Shown: positions 1-12,500 of the stretch, in pieces
Layout: every line of letters begins with the position of its first letter
How positions within the stretch are numbered: the stretch's first letter is position 1
From: Squalus acanthias
Lineage: Eukaryota
Length of the DNA: 64,000 nt
Assembly (NCBI GenBank): GCA_030390025.1
Contig: CM059431.1
Location: 150,414,001-150,478,000 of the forward strand
Direction: 5' to 3'
The notes under the pieces: generated by a model
Told to the model about the DNA's origin: nothing
Databases searched by the model: none
What the model saw: the letters and a program-made list of their open reading frames with translations, nothing else
Made by a program: the position numbers and the translations under genes

Positions 1-231
1 ACTGTCACTCAGTAACACCTCTCCCCCGCACCTTGTGTTACTGGCTGTATCTCTACTGATAATCCAGTTTCCTCTCACTGTCACTCAGTAACCCCTCTCC
101 CCCAGCGCCCTGTGTTACTGACTGTATCTCCACTGATAATCCAGCTCCCTCACACTGTCACTCAGTAACCCCTCTCCCCCAGCGCCCTGTGTCACTGACT
201 GTATCTCTACTGATAATCCAGTTTCCTCACA
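1..231. repeat. ~77-bp minisatellite, 3 copies (cut by window edge)
   Basis: actgtcactcagtaac... restarts at 1, 77 and 154. Confidence 0.9.
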
Positions 232-323
232 TCGTGACACGGTGGGGATGGCCTGAGTTTTGGTGACTCCTGTTTAACACTGCCCCTCTCTCTCTATCTT
301 TCTCTCTGTCTTCCCGGGACTAG

Positions 324-522
324 GCTTGCCGTGATTTCCTGCTGCTGGCCCAGACTCACAGCAAGAAGTGGCAGAAAGCCCTCCAGCACGAGCGGGAGCA
401 GCGGATCCGGCTGGAGGAGACCCTGGAGCAGCTGGCCAAACAGCACAACAACCTGGAGCGAGCATTCCGGGGAGCCACTGTCCTGCCGGCCTGTAGCGTG
501 CTGAGCGCTGGCTCTGTCAAAG
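324..522 (+). CDS. OSBP: OSBP exon (coiled-coil/dimerisation region), 199 bp, phase 0->1
   Basis: ctag|GCTTGC...AAAG|gtaagg; ACRDFLLLAQTHSKKWQKALQHEREQRIRLEETLEQLAKQHNNLERAFRGATVLP. Confidence 0.95.
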
Positions 523-3500
523 GTAAGGTGTGGCGTCGAGTCAGCCTCTTTCACCCCCCTCCCCCTCCCCCCATTCCATACCCCTGTTAAATTCGCATTC
601 AGGAACAGAAAGCTGTTGGGTTGTTACACAAGATTGTGGGATCGGGGCTGATGTATTAGCATGGATTGAGGATTGGTTAACTAACAGAAAACAAAAGTGA
701 GAAGTCGCGCAACACCAGGTTATAGTCCAACAGTTTTATTTGAAATCACAAGCTTTCGGAGCGGCTGCTCCTTCGTCAGGTGAACACCCGGATGTCCTAT
801 CGTATCGGGCAACGGAGCCCTGTGTGAGAACCTCTCTGGATACGTTGAGGGACATCCTGAAACCCATCGTACAGGGAACCCCCAGCTTCTGTCGCGACAC
901 TACAGACTTCTTGCAGAAACTCAGCACCCATGGACCAGTTGAACCAGGAATAATCCTCGCCACGATGGACGTATCGGCACTCTACACCAGTATCCCCCAC
1001 GATGACGGCATCGCTGCGACAGCCTCAGTACTCAACACCAACAACAGCCAATCTCCAGACGCCATCCTACAACTCATCCGCTTCATCCTTGACCACAATG
1101 TCTTCACCTTCGACAACCAGGACTTCACCTGAAGAAGGAGCAGCCGCTCCGAAAGCTTGCGATTTCAAATAAAACTGTTGGACTATAACCTGGTGTCTTG
1201 CGACTTCTCACTTTTGTCCACCCCAGTCCAACACCGGCATCTCTACATCATAACAGAAAACAGAGTAGGAATAAACGGGTCATTTTCGGGTTGGCAGGCT
1301 GTAACGAGTGGGGTACTGCAAGGATCAGTGCTTGGGCCTCAGCTATTCACAATCTGCATGGGGGGATCTTGGCTACAAGGACAGGTTGGAGAAGCTGGAT
1401 TTGTTTTCATTAGAGCAAAGGAGGTTGAGGGGTGATTTGATAGAGGTGTACAAGATTATGACTGGTTTGGATAGGCTAGACGGGGAAAGGCTGTTCCCAC
1501 TAGTTGATGGTACAAGGACTAGGGGACACAGATTTAAGGTTTTGGGCAAGGGATACAGGGGGGATGTGAGGGAAAACGTTTTTACGCAGCGAGTGGTGAG
1601 GACCTGGAACTCTCTGATGACGGAGGTGGTGGAAGCGGAGACACTCAATGTTTTCAAGGGGAGACTGGATAGGCACTTGAGGGAAATAAACTTGCAGGGC
1701 TACGGGGACAGAGTGGGGGAATGGGACTGACTGGATTGCTCTACAGAGAGCCGGCACGGACTCGATGGGCCGAATGGTCGTCTCCTCTGCCTCGATGATT
1801 GACATCAATGACTTTGAGAGGACCGGGTGTAATGTATCCAAGTTTGCTGACGATACCATGCTAGGAGGGAACGTAAGCTGTGAGGAGGCTGCAAATGGAT
1901 ACAGACAAGTTAAGTGAGTGGGCAAGAACATGGCAGATGGAATATAATGTGGAGAAATGTGAAATTGTCCACTTTGGTAGGAAGAATAGAAAAGCAGAAT
2001 TGTTGGGACACTAGTAAATGTTGGCATTCAGAGGGATTTGGGGTCCTTGTACACGAATCACAGAGTTAACATGCAGGTATAGCAAGCCATTAGGAAGGCA
2101 AGTGGTATGTTGGCCTTTATTGCCATGGGGTTGGAGTGTAAGAGTAAGGAAGTCTTGCTGCAATTGTACAGGGCCTTGGGGAGACCACACCTGGAGTACT
2201 GTGCACAGTTTTGGTCTCCTTACCTAAGGAAGGATGTACTAGCCTTCAAGGTGGTGCAACAGAGGGTCACTGGATTGATTCCTGGAATGCGAGGGTTGTC
2301 CTATGAGGAGAGATTGAGTAGATTGGGCCGATACTCGAGTTTAGAAGAATGTGAGAAGTAGCACAACACCAAGTTATAGTCCAAAAGTTTTATTTGAAAT
2401 CACGAGCTTTCGGAGCGCTGCTCCTTCGTCAGGTGAAGTGAAGAGATGCATATAGGCACAGCATATATAGTCAGAGAACACTGCCAGATGATTACAGTTA
2501 ATCTTTCTAACTGCCCTTTATCACACCTCGGCAGAGAGATAATCACGGCAATCAAAGGTGTGGATGGTGTCCAAACAGGGCAGTCAGGAAAACATTACAT
2601 CAAAGACAATGAGGTTGGGTCACAAGGGGTCAATTGTGGCAGATGCTGGGGTCTGTATGGAAAACAAAAAACCTTTTTTTGCTGGAAATCACAGCAGGTC
2701 CGGCCGCATCTGTGTAGAGAGAACAAGCCAACGACGACTCGAGTCTGGATGACTCTACGTCAGGTGGGGTTACATGTAGCATGACATGAACCCAAGATCC
2801 CGGTTGAGGCCGTCCTCATGGGCGCGGAACTTGGCTATCAGTTTCTGCTCGATGATTTTGCGTTGTCGTGTGTCTCGAAGGCCGCCTTGGAGACACTGCG
2901 ACAACGTATGAACGGACACTGCGCAACAATCGCCAGGCAGGAGTGTTCCCTCCCAGTCGGGGAACACTTCAGCATTCAAGGACATTCAGCCTCCGATCTT
3001 CGGGTAAGCGTTCTCCAAGGTGTGATAAAGGGCAGTTAGAAAGATCAACTGTAATCATCTGGCTGTGTTCTCTGACTATATACGCTGTGCCTATATGTAT
3101 CTCTTCACTTCACCTGACGAAGGAGCAGCGCTCCGAAAGCTTGTGATTTCAAATAAAACTGTTGGACTATAACCTGGTGTTGTGCGACTTCTCACATTTG
3201 TCCACCCCAGTCCAACACCGGCATCTCCACATCGAGTTTAGAAGAATGAGAGGTGATCTCATTGAAACACAAAATTCTTACAGGGTTGATGCCGAGAGGT
3301 TGTTTTCCCCCCTGGCTGGAGCGCCCAGAACTAGGGGGCATAGTCTCAGGATAAGGGGTCGGTCATTTAGGACTGAGATGAGGAGAAATTTCTTCACTCA
3401 AAGGGTTGTGAATCTTTGGAATTCTCTACCCCAGAGGGCTGTGGGTGCTCAGTCGTTGAGTATATTCAGGACTGAGATCGATAGATTTTTGGACACTAGG

Positions 3501-6500
3501 GGAATCAAGGGATTTGGAGATCGGGCGGGAAAGTGGAGTTGAGGTCGATGATCAGCCACGATCTTATTGAATAGCGGAGCAGGCTCGAGGGGCCGTCTGG
3601 CCTACTCCTGCTCCGATTTTTTAATGTTCTTGCATTCGTAATTACATCGAATATACAGCAAGGAAGCGGACCTTTCGGCCCAACTAGCCTGTGCCGGTGT
3701 TTCTGCTCCACGCGCGTCTCCTCCTGTTCCATTTGCCTCCCCTTGGCCTTTCAGCCCATGTTTCTAGTCCCCTTTTCTCTCAACAACTGCTACTTGCAAT
3801 GGTATCGCACCTTTAACACAGTGAAATGTCCCAAGGCGCATCACAGGCGCATGATCCAAATTTGGCACCGAGCCACAAGAGATATTAGGGGAGGTGACCA
3901 AAAACTTGGTCAAAGTGGTAGGTATTAAGGAGAGAGAGAGAGAGAGAGAGACGCAGAGGTTTAAAGAGGAAATTCCAGAGCTTGAGGCCTAAGCAGCCTC
4001 TGTCTGTCTCTGCCCGTCTCTGGCTGGCACCCCCCCTCGCCCCCTCCCTTTGCTCCTTGACCCTTTGCTGTCCCCTCTCTGGTTGAACGCTCTTTGTTTT
4101 TAGGGAGCACCAGTAGCCGGGACCTGAGCGATGAGGATGACGAGAACGAGTTCTTCGACGCGATGGAGGACGTGGCAGAGTTTATCACGGTGCAGGCAGA
4201 TTCACGGTACCACAGGTCAGTGTCACGCTGGGGGCGGGGTGCGGGTCAGACCGCACAGGAGCTGTATCTTGCAGTATGTTTCCTTCCCCCCCACCCCCCC
4301 CCCCCTGTTCCGCCCCCCCCTCCCCCTCCTCGCCTACACAGTAGGCATCACGTCTCGCTGAGCAGCAGTCCCGATGTTCTTCGGTATCCTAAGCGAGTGT
4401 GCGAGCACAGAGTGTCCGCAGATCTAAAAAGTGGAAAGAATTCCCGTGCCGTACTCTTTGTGGGATCTGTGCGCAAATTGGCGGCAGCTGTCGACAACGC
4501 AACAGCGACTACAGACCGCGCAGTGCTTTGGGTCGTCCAGAGAATGCGAAAGGCACAAATCAACAAAGGCGGACTTGTATTTATATAGTGCCTTCCACGG
4601 CCGCAGGACGTCCCAAAGCCCTTCACAGCCAATGAAGTCCTTTTTTGGAAGTATAGTCTGTTGTAATGTAGGGAAACGCGGCAGCCAATCTGCACACAGC
4701 GAGCTCCCACAAATTGTCATATATCCCCATTGCCCTTATGTGGAATCAGAATCACAGAATCCCCACAATGCAGATAGAGGCCATTTCGTCCCATCGAGCC
4801 TGCACCGACATATATCCCACCCTATCCCCGTAACCCCACGTATTTAATCCCCCTAACACTAAGGGTCAATTTATTATAGCCAAATCAACCTAACCCGCAC
4901 ATCTTTGGACTGTGGGAGGAAACCGGAGCACCCGGAGGAAACCCACGCAGACACGGGGAGAATGTGCAAACTCCACACAGACAGTCACCCGGGGCCGGAT
5001 TCGAACCCGGGTCCCTGGCGCTGTGAGGCAACAGTGCTAACCACTATGCCACCGTGTTGCCATGCCGGAGTATTGTAGGATATTGTCATATATCCCCATC
5101 ATCCTAATGTGGGGGTTTTTATAGGATACTGTTATCAATGTTCCCCCTCTCTTTTTGGCTGCGCGGCCCCTTCACAGTTACGCACATGCACAAAACTTAA
5201 CATTGGAAAAGCCAGTCCCCGGGCTGTGCAGCTTCGAGGGAACGTTGATTGTCTTGTATCCCTGTTGCCCTTATGTGGGGGTATTGTAGGATATTCCCAT
5301 AAATCCTTTATCTCCAATACAAGTTTGAGGACGAGGAAACGCTGATAACATCTGATTCATATTTTTATTAAATCTAGTCGATGTGCTAATAAAACGCATC
5401 CCCTTCCCTGCAGAGTGTATGCGATGTCGGTGCAATACTCACGTATCAAGGGCACCTTCACGAGGTCGCAGGTGTGTCGTCTTGACTGCTTAACGCTAGC
5501 CTCAGAAACACCAGCTTAAAGTTCCCCAGGATCTCCAGTGTGTTGTGTCCTTTATAGACTTCTCCCCTCAGTGAGTCTACGCAAAAACCCCTCTCTCGTT
5601 GAACTCGCTGATGAGAAACCGTGTGCATCGGTCCGTCCTTATCTCTTCCCAGTAACGCTAGCCTCTTCATACCATCCTCCAGTCTCCTGAACTGAATTAC
5701 TATGTGCCTACTACATACCTCATAAGACCACAAGGAATAGGAGCAGGAGTAGGCCATTTGGCCTTTCAAGCCTTGTCCGCCATTCAATAAAATCATGGCC
5801 GATCTTCTACCTCAACTCCACTTCCCCGCCTGATTCCCCATATCCCTTGATTCCCCTCATCTCTGATTGGACAACGTTCCTGGGAGGACTGGAGGTAGAT
5901 AAACAATGGCAAGCATTTAAAGATAGAATGACAAAATTGCAAAAATTGTTTATACCAATCTGGCATAAAAGGAAATCTAAAAAGGTGACTCAACCGTGGA
6001 TAACGGGGGAAATTAGAGACAGCATAAAATCCAAAGATAGGGCGTATAAAATAGCCAAAAAAAGCGCCAGAGCGGAAGATTGGGAACAGTTTAAGATAGA
6101 GCAAAGGAGGACAAAGGGCTTAATCAAGAGGGGCAAAATAGCTTACGAAAGCAAGCTGGCGGAAAATATAAAAACTAACTCCAAAAGCTTTTATAAGTAT
6201 ATCAAGAGGAAAAGACTGGTGAAAACCAAAGTTGGCCCATTGCAGTCAGATACGGGGGAATATATAACGGGAAATAAGGAAATGGCAGACCAACTAAATG
6301 CATACTTTGGGTCAGTCATTACGAAGGAAGACACAAAAAACCTCCCTGGGATATCGGGAAAAATAGGGACATTTGCAAAGGAGGAACTGACGCAAATCAA
6401 TATCTCTAAGGATATGGTGTTAAGGAAGCTAAAGGGATTGAAGGCGGACAAATCCCCAGGGCCTGATAACATGCATCCTAGGGTGCTGAAGGAGGTGGCC

Positions 6501-9500
6501 CTAGAGATAGCGGATGCACTAAGTATGATTTTTCAGAATTCATTAGACTCGGGAACAGTGCCCATGGATTGGAGGGTAGCTAACGTTACCCCACTATTCA
6601 AAAAGGGGGGTAGGGAAAAAGCAGGTAATTACAGACCTGTAAGCCTTACATCAGTTGTGGGCAAAATGCTGGAGTCCGTCATTAAGGATGAAATAGCGGA
6701 GCACTTAGCAAATGGGGACAAGATAGGACAGAGTCAACATGGATTTACAAAGGGTAAATCGTGCTTGACTAATCTATTGGAATTTTTTGAGGGAGTAACT
6801 GGTAAAATAGATGGGGGAGAGCCAGTAGATGTGGTGTACCTGGACTTCCAAAAGGCCTTCGATAAGGTCCCACATAAAAGATTAGCAGGGAAAATTGAAG
6901 CTCATGGGATAAAGGGGAAAGTATTGACGTGGATAGAGAACTGGCTGTCAGATAGAAAACAGAGAGTTGGAATAAACGGCTCATTTTCTGAATGGCAGGC
7001 AGTAACAAGTGGGGTACCACAGGGATCTGTCCTGGGTCCCCAGCTGTTCACAATTTACATTAATGACCTGGATCAGGGAGTCGGATGCAGCATTTCCAAA
7101 TTTGCAGACGACACTAAACTAGGAGGGGGGGTGGGCTCAGAGGAGGAGACCAGGAAGCTCCAGAGCGATTTGGACAGACTGGGTGATTGGGCGGATAAAT
7201 GGCAGATGCACTATAATGTGGACAAGTGCGAAGTTATCCACCTTGGGTGCAGGAACGGGAGGGCAAATTATTATTTAAATGGCAATAAATTGGGAGAGGG
7301 GGAAGTACAGAGAGACCTGGGTGTTCTTGTACACCAGTCACTGAAGGCGAGCATGCAGGTGCAACAGGCGGTCAAGAAGGCAAACGGTATGCTGGCCTTC
7401 ATAGCAAAAGGGTTGGAATACAGGAACAGGGATACGTTGCTGCAGCTGTACAGGGCACTGGTGAGACCACACCTCGAGTACTGTGTACAGTTTTGGTCGC
7501 CTCATCTGAGGAAAGATGTTCTTGCCATGGAGGGGGTGCAGCGGCGATTCACCAGGCTGATACCAGGAATGGCGGGATTGACCTATGAGGAGAGACTATG
7601 TAGTTTAGGGATGTACACACTGGAGTTTAGAAGATTGAGAGGGGACCTCATAGAAGTGTATAAAATTCTGACAGGTCTAGACAGACTAGATGCAGAAGGA
7701 ATGTTTCCCTTGGCGGGTGAGAACAGAACTAGAGGACATAATTTAAGGATAAGGGCTAAACCATTTAGGACAGAAATGAGGGGGAATTTCTTCACTCAGA
7801 GGGTGGTGAACCTGTGGAACTCATTGCCACAGAGGGCAGTGTACGCCAGCTCATTAAATATATTTAAGAGGGAATTAGATATATTTCTACAGGCAAAAGG
7901 GGTTAAGGGTTACGGAGAGAAGGCGGGGACGGGATACTGAATTGGAGGATCAGCCATGATCTCATTAAATGGCGGAGCAGGCTCGAAGGGCCGGATGGCC
8001 TACTCCTGCTCCTATCTTCTATGTATCTATGTATCTCCAAAAATCTATCAAACTCAGCCTTGAATATACTCAACGACTGAGCATCTACAACCCTCTGGGG
8101 CAGAGAATTCCAAAGATTCACCACCCTCTTGAGTGAAGTCATTTCTCCTCGTCTCAGTCCTAAATGGCCGACCCCTCATCCTGAGACTACAATCCTTCGT
8201 TCTAGACACTCCAGTCAGGGGAAACAACCTCTCCGCATCTGCCCTGTCAAGCCCTCGAAGAATTTTCTCCAGTTTAACGTGTTCCCCTCTCATACTTCTA
8301 AACTCCAGAGAGCATAGGCACATTCTACTCCATCTCTCCTCATAGGACAGCCCTCTCATCCCAAGAATCAATCTAGTGAAGCTTTGTTGCAAGTATAGCC
8401 TTCCTTTGGTAAGGAGACCAAAACTGTACACCGTGCTCCAGGTGTGGTCTCGCCAAAGCCCTGTACAATTGTAGCAAGACTTCCTTACTCTTCTACTCCA
8501 AACCCCTTGCAATAAAGGCTGACCTACCATTTGCTTTCCTAATTGCTTGCTGTACCTGCATGTTACCTTTCTGTGATTCGTGTCGAAGGACCCCCTAAAC
8601 CCCATCTTATGGAGGTTAATGAGTCTCCACTGCTTCAAGCCTGACCTGTAAGCTGTTGCGACCACTGCAGAACCAATCTCTAATGTGTGGATATTAACAC
8701 TATTTGTTCACCCATTACCCCACTGTCCTCGCTGACCTACATTGGCTCCTGGTCCAGCAACGCCTTGAAGTGAAACATCGCCATCCTCGTGTTCAAATCC
8801 CTCCATGGCCCTCGCCTTCCCCCTGCTCCCGATATCGGTAACCTCCTCCTCCAGCCCGACAACCCTTTGTGATCTCTGCACTCCTCCAATGCTGGCCTCT
8901 ACATTCCAACAGTGACTACAATTCAAAAGTGCTTCACTTGGCTGGAAAGCATTTCTGGGACGTCACGAGGTTGTGAAAGGCGCGATATAAATTCTCTTGC
9001 GCATCCCCCATTTTCATTGCTTCACCATTGGCGGCCGTGCCTTCCGCTGCCTTGGTTTTTATATACATTTAAGATTGAGAAACATTTGTGATAGCCACCC
9101 TCCTCTACTTGGGCTGTGCTGAGCCCCTTTCTTTTAACGCTGCCTGTGACCCCCATCTGCCCCAGACTGTCTGTGACCCTCCTCTCCCCCCAGGAACTGT
9201 CTGTGATCACCCCCCGGACTGTCTGTGACCCTCCTCTCCCCCAAAACCCGGAATGCCTGAACCAAACCCACCAACCCCCGCCCTGGCTGGACTGTCTGAC
9301 GTTCCCCTCCCCCAATTCTGTCAGTGAACTCCACCTCTCTCCCCACCCCCACCCCCCCAGGTCTGTCGGTGAGGGATTGGGAGGAGGTGTTATAATGCTC
9401 TTGCCCTCGCTAACACGGGCTCTCTCTGATTACAGACGGACGGGCAGCAACCTCAGTGGGGCCAGCAGTGAGGGAGCCTTTGAGGATCAAGTGAGTATTC

Positions 9501-12500
9501 GCCCTCTCTCTCTCCACCCACCCAGCCCTCGGCTCAGCCGACTCTGTCTCTGCTCCTGGTAGTTGGTTGTTGGGGTGGTTGAAGGGATGGGGGTTCGAAG
9601 GGGAGCCTCCAGCACTCTCTCTCCGGGGTTGTCCTCAGTACCCTAGCCCAGTACCTCCGGCTGCTCCATTTCAGCTGCCAACTTAGGGATTCTCTTCAGT
9701 CACTGAGAGGAACCGAGTGTCCCAGACAGTGGGAGGGAGGGATGTTAATCCTCTGTCTGTCTGTCCTGTGCCCGGCTTCCCCCCTCTCCTCGGTCTCTCT
9801 CTCTCTCTCTCACTCCCTCTCCTTCCTCCACCCCCCCCCCCCCCCCCTCTCCTTCCTTCCTCTCTCCTCCCTCCCCTCCCATGTGAGAGTGGAGAGCGAT
9901 GTCCCGGTGATGGGTCGGCGTGGAGTGGGATGTCCCGGTGATGGGTCGGTGTGGAGAGCGATGTCCCGGTGATGGGTCAGTGTGGAGTGGGATGTCCCGG
10001 TGATGGGTCAGTGTGGAGTGGGATGTCCCGGTGACAGGTCGGTGTGGAGTGGGGTGTCCCGGTGATGGGTCGGTGTGGAGTGGGATGTCCCGGTGATGGG
10101 TCGGTGTGGAGCGGGATGTCCTGGTGACGGGTCGGTGTGGAGTGGGACGTCTCGGTGATGGGTCGGCGTGGAGTGGGATGTCCCGGTGACGGGTCGGTGT
10201 GGAGTGGGATGTCTCGGTGATGGGTCGGTGTGGAGAGCGATGTCCCGGTGATGGGTCAGTGTGGAGTGGGATGTCCCGGTGATGGGTCGGTGTGGAGAGC
10301 GATGTCCTGGTGACGCGTCGGTGTGGAGAGCGATGTCCCGGTGATGGGTCGGTGTGGAGAGCGATGTCCTGGTGACGGGTCGGTGTGGAGTGGGATGTCC
10401 CAGTGATGGGTCAGTGTGGAGTGGGATGTCCCGGTGATGGGTCGGTGTGGAGCGGGATGTCCTGGTGACGGGTCGGTGTGGAGTGGGATGTCTCGGTGAT
10501 GGGTCGGCGTGGAGTGGGATGTCCCGGTGACGGGTCGGGGTGGAGAGCGATGTCCCGGTGATGGGTCGGTGTGGAGTGGGATGTCCCGGTGACGGGTCAG
10601 TGTGGAGTGGGATGTCCCGGTGACGGGTCGGTGTGGAGTGGGATGTCCCAGTGATGGGTCAGTGTGGAGTGGGATGTCCCGGTGATGGGTCGGTGTGGAG
10701 CGGGATGTCCTGGTGACGGGTCGGTGTGGAGTGGGATGTCTCGGTGATGGGTCGGCGTGGAGTGGGATGTCCCGGTGACGGGTCGGGGTGGAGAGCGATG
10801 TCCCGGTGATGGGTCGGTGTGGAGTGGGATGTCCCGGTGACGGGTCAGTGTGGAGTGGGATGTCCCGGTGACGGGTCGGTGTGGAGTGGGATGTCCCGGT
10901 GACGGGTCGGTGTGGAGTGGGATGTCCCGGTGACGGGTCGGTGTGGAGTGGGATGTCCCGGTGACGGGTCGGTGTGGAGAGGGATGTCCCGGTGATGGGT
11001 CGGTGTGGGAGAGAGCGGGATGTATTATTGATAAGGTATTTTTAAATTGTCCTCACTCGCTGTGTTTGAATCTTACCGAGGGCGATTTATTCAGATTAAC
11101 AGGAATGATTGTAGTTTTTCTTTGAGCTATGAAAGTTTAAGGCACCTCTCCAATGTTTTTTCAGATGTACTGTACTTTCTGCGATTAGTTGGAGAGCGGG
11201 TAGGCAAGTGGGTTTTGGTTAGATTGTTGCAGAGGTTCTACTGTTACTGGAGCGATGATTTAACTATCTCCTGGTCTGCTGTGATCCCTGTAATGAAGGT
11301 GGCTGGCAGATGTGACCCGGGTCGATGTATTCGAATCGTAGAATGATGCAGCAACAGAAGGAGGCCGTTCAGCCCATCGTGCCTGTGTAGGCTCTGTGAA
11401 AGATCCTATCCGATTAGTCCCACTTCCCCCATCTGTGTCCCCATAGCCCTGCAAATTTTCTCCCTTCAAGTATTTACCCAATTCCCCTTTTTGAAAGTTA
11501 ATATTGAATCTGCTTCCACCGCCCTTTCAGGCAGCGCATTCCAGATCATCATAACTTGCCGCGTTAAGAATGTTTTCCTCATGTCTCCTCTGGCAATCGC
11601 CTTCAATCTGTGACCTCTGGTTACCGACCCTCCCACCACTGGAGACAGTTTTGTCTTATTGACTCTACCAAAACCCTTCATGATTTTCAACACCTATTAA
11701 ATCACCCCTTAACCTTCTGTGCGCTGCGGCGCCCAGCCCCAGTTTCTCCACGTATCTGAAGTCCCTCATTCCTGGTACCATTCCAGTAAATTTCTTCTGC
11801 ACCCTCTCCAAGGAAGGAGGTTCTTGCCATGGAAGGAGTTCAGCCAAGATTCACAAGGCTGATACCTGGGATGGCAGGAATGACGTATGAGGAGAGATTG
11901 GGTCGATTAGGCTTATATTAGCTAGAGTTTAGAAGAATGAGAGGGGATCTCATCGAAACATATAAAATTCTGACAGGTCTGGACAAACTAGATGCAGGAA
12001 GGATGTTCCCGATGGTCGGGGAGTCCAGAACCAGGGGTCACAGTCTAAGGATAAGGGGTAAGCAATTTAGGACTAAGATGAGGAGGAATTTCTTCACCCA
12101 GAGAGTGGTGAACCTGTGGAATTCTCTACCACAGAAGGCAGTAGAGGCCAATTCATTAAATAGATTCAAGAAGGAGTTGGATATATTTCTTAAGGCTAAA
12201 GGGATCAAGGGATATGGGGAGAAAGCAGGGACAGGGCACTGAATTTGGATGATCAGCCATGATCGCATTGAATGGCGGTGCAGGCTAGAGGAGCCGAATG
12301 GCCTACTCCTGCTCCTATCTTCTATATTTCTATGTCCTTCCTGAAGTGTGGTGCCCAGAATTGGATACACTACTCCAGCTGGGGCCTAACCAGTGTTTGA
12401 TAAAGTTTCAGCACAACTTTCTTGTGTTAGTGCTCTCTGCCTCTATATATAAAGCCAAGGATCGCACTGCAACAGTAGGATCCAATTGCAATGAGTTCAC

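Larger units (their letters stand above)
691..1250 (+). mobile_element. Penelope-like element fragment with inverted terminal arms and RT fragment
   Basis: Arms ~691-784 and ~1124-1217 are inverted copies. The interior encodes ILKPIVQGTPSFCRDTTDFL...TMDVSALYTSIPHDDGI...FILDHNVFTFDNQ (PLE RT motifs). Target duplication TAACAGAAAACA at 682-693 and 1251-1262. Confidence 0.9.
2348..3233. mobile_element. Penelope-like element fragment with ~180-bp inverted arms and GIY-YIG endonuclease pieces on both strands
   Basis: Arms ~2348-2531 and ~3016-3198 are inverted. Interior: ETLRQRMNGH...LPVGEHFS..GHSASDLRVSVLQG (+) and QRKIIEQKLIAKFRAHEDGLNRDLGF (-). Duplication TCGAGTTTAGAAGAATG at 2335-2351 and 3232-3248. 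Confidence 0.9.
630..3630 (+). mobile_element. Decayed CR1 LINE 3' part (RT to 3' end) interrupted by three later insertions
   Basis: Colinear pieces WIEDWLTNRKQRVGING, SKFADDT-like, RPHLEYCAQFWSPY, EFRRMRGDLIET...FFTQRVVNLWNSLP; split at about 693/1251, 1359/1802 and 2351/3232. Confidence 0.85.

Noticed and set aside
4148..4168. EFFDAME as evidence for OSBP2
   Set aside because: The rest of the protein (RTGSNLSGASS, QTHSKKWQK, CPDIF) fits OSBP better; a phylogeny would settle it.
4985..5061. tRNA gene candidates (also ~35335-35395, ~42155-42215, ~44733-44785)
   Set aside because: A and B boxes are followed by SINE bodies, so these are SINE heads rather than tRNA genes.
5605..5650. CTGATGA as another hammerhead core
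   Set aside because: No stem II closed by a downstream GAAA box.
5847..7940. 697-aa ORF as a host gene or autonomous element
   Set aside because: The start codon comes from flanking sequence, there is no APE domain or ORF1, and it ends in a CR1 tail: a truncated retrocopy.
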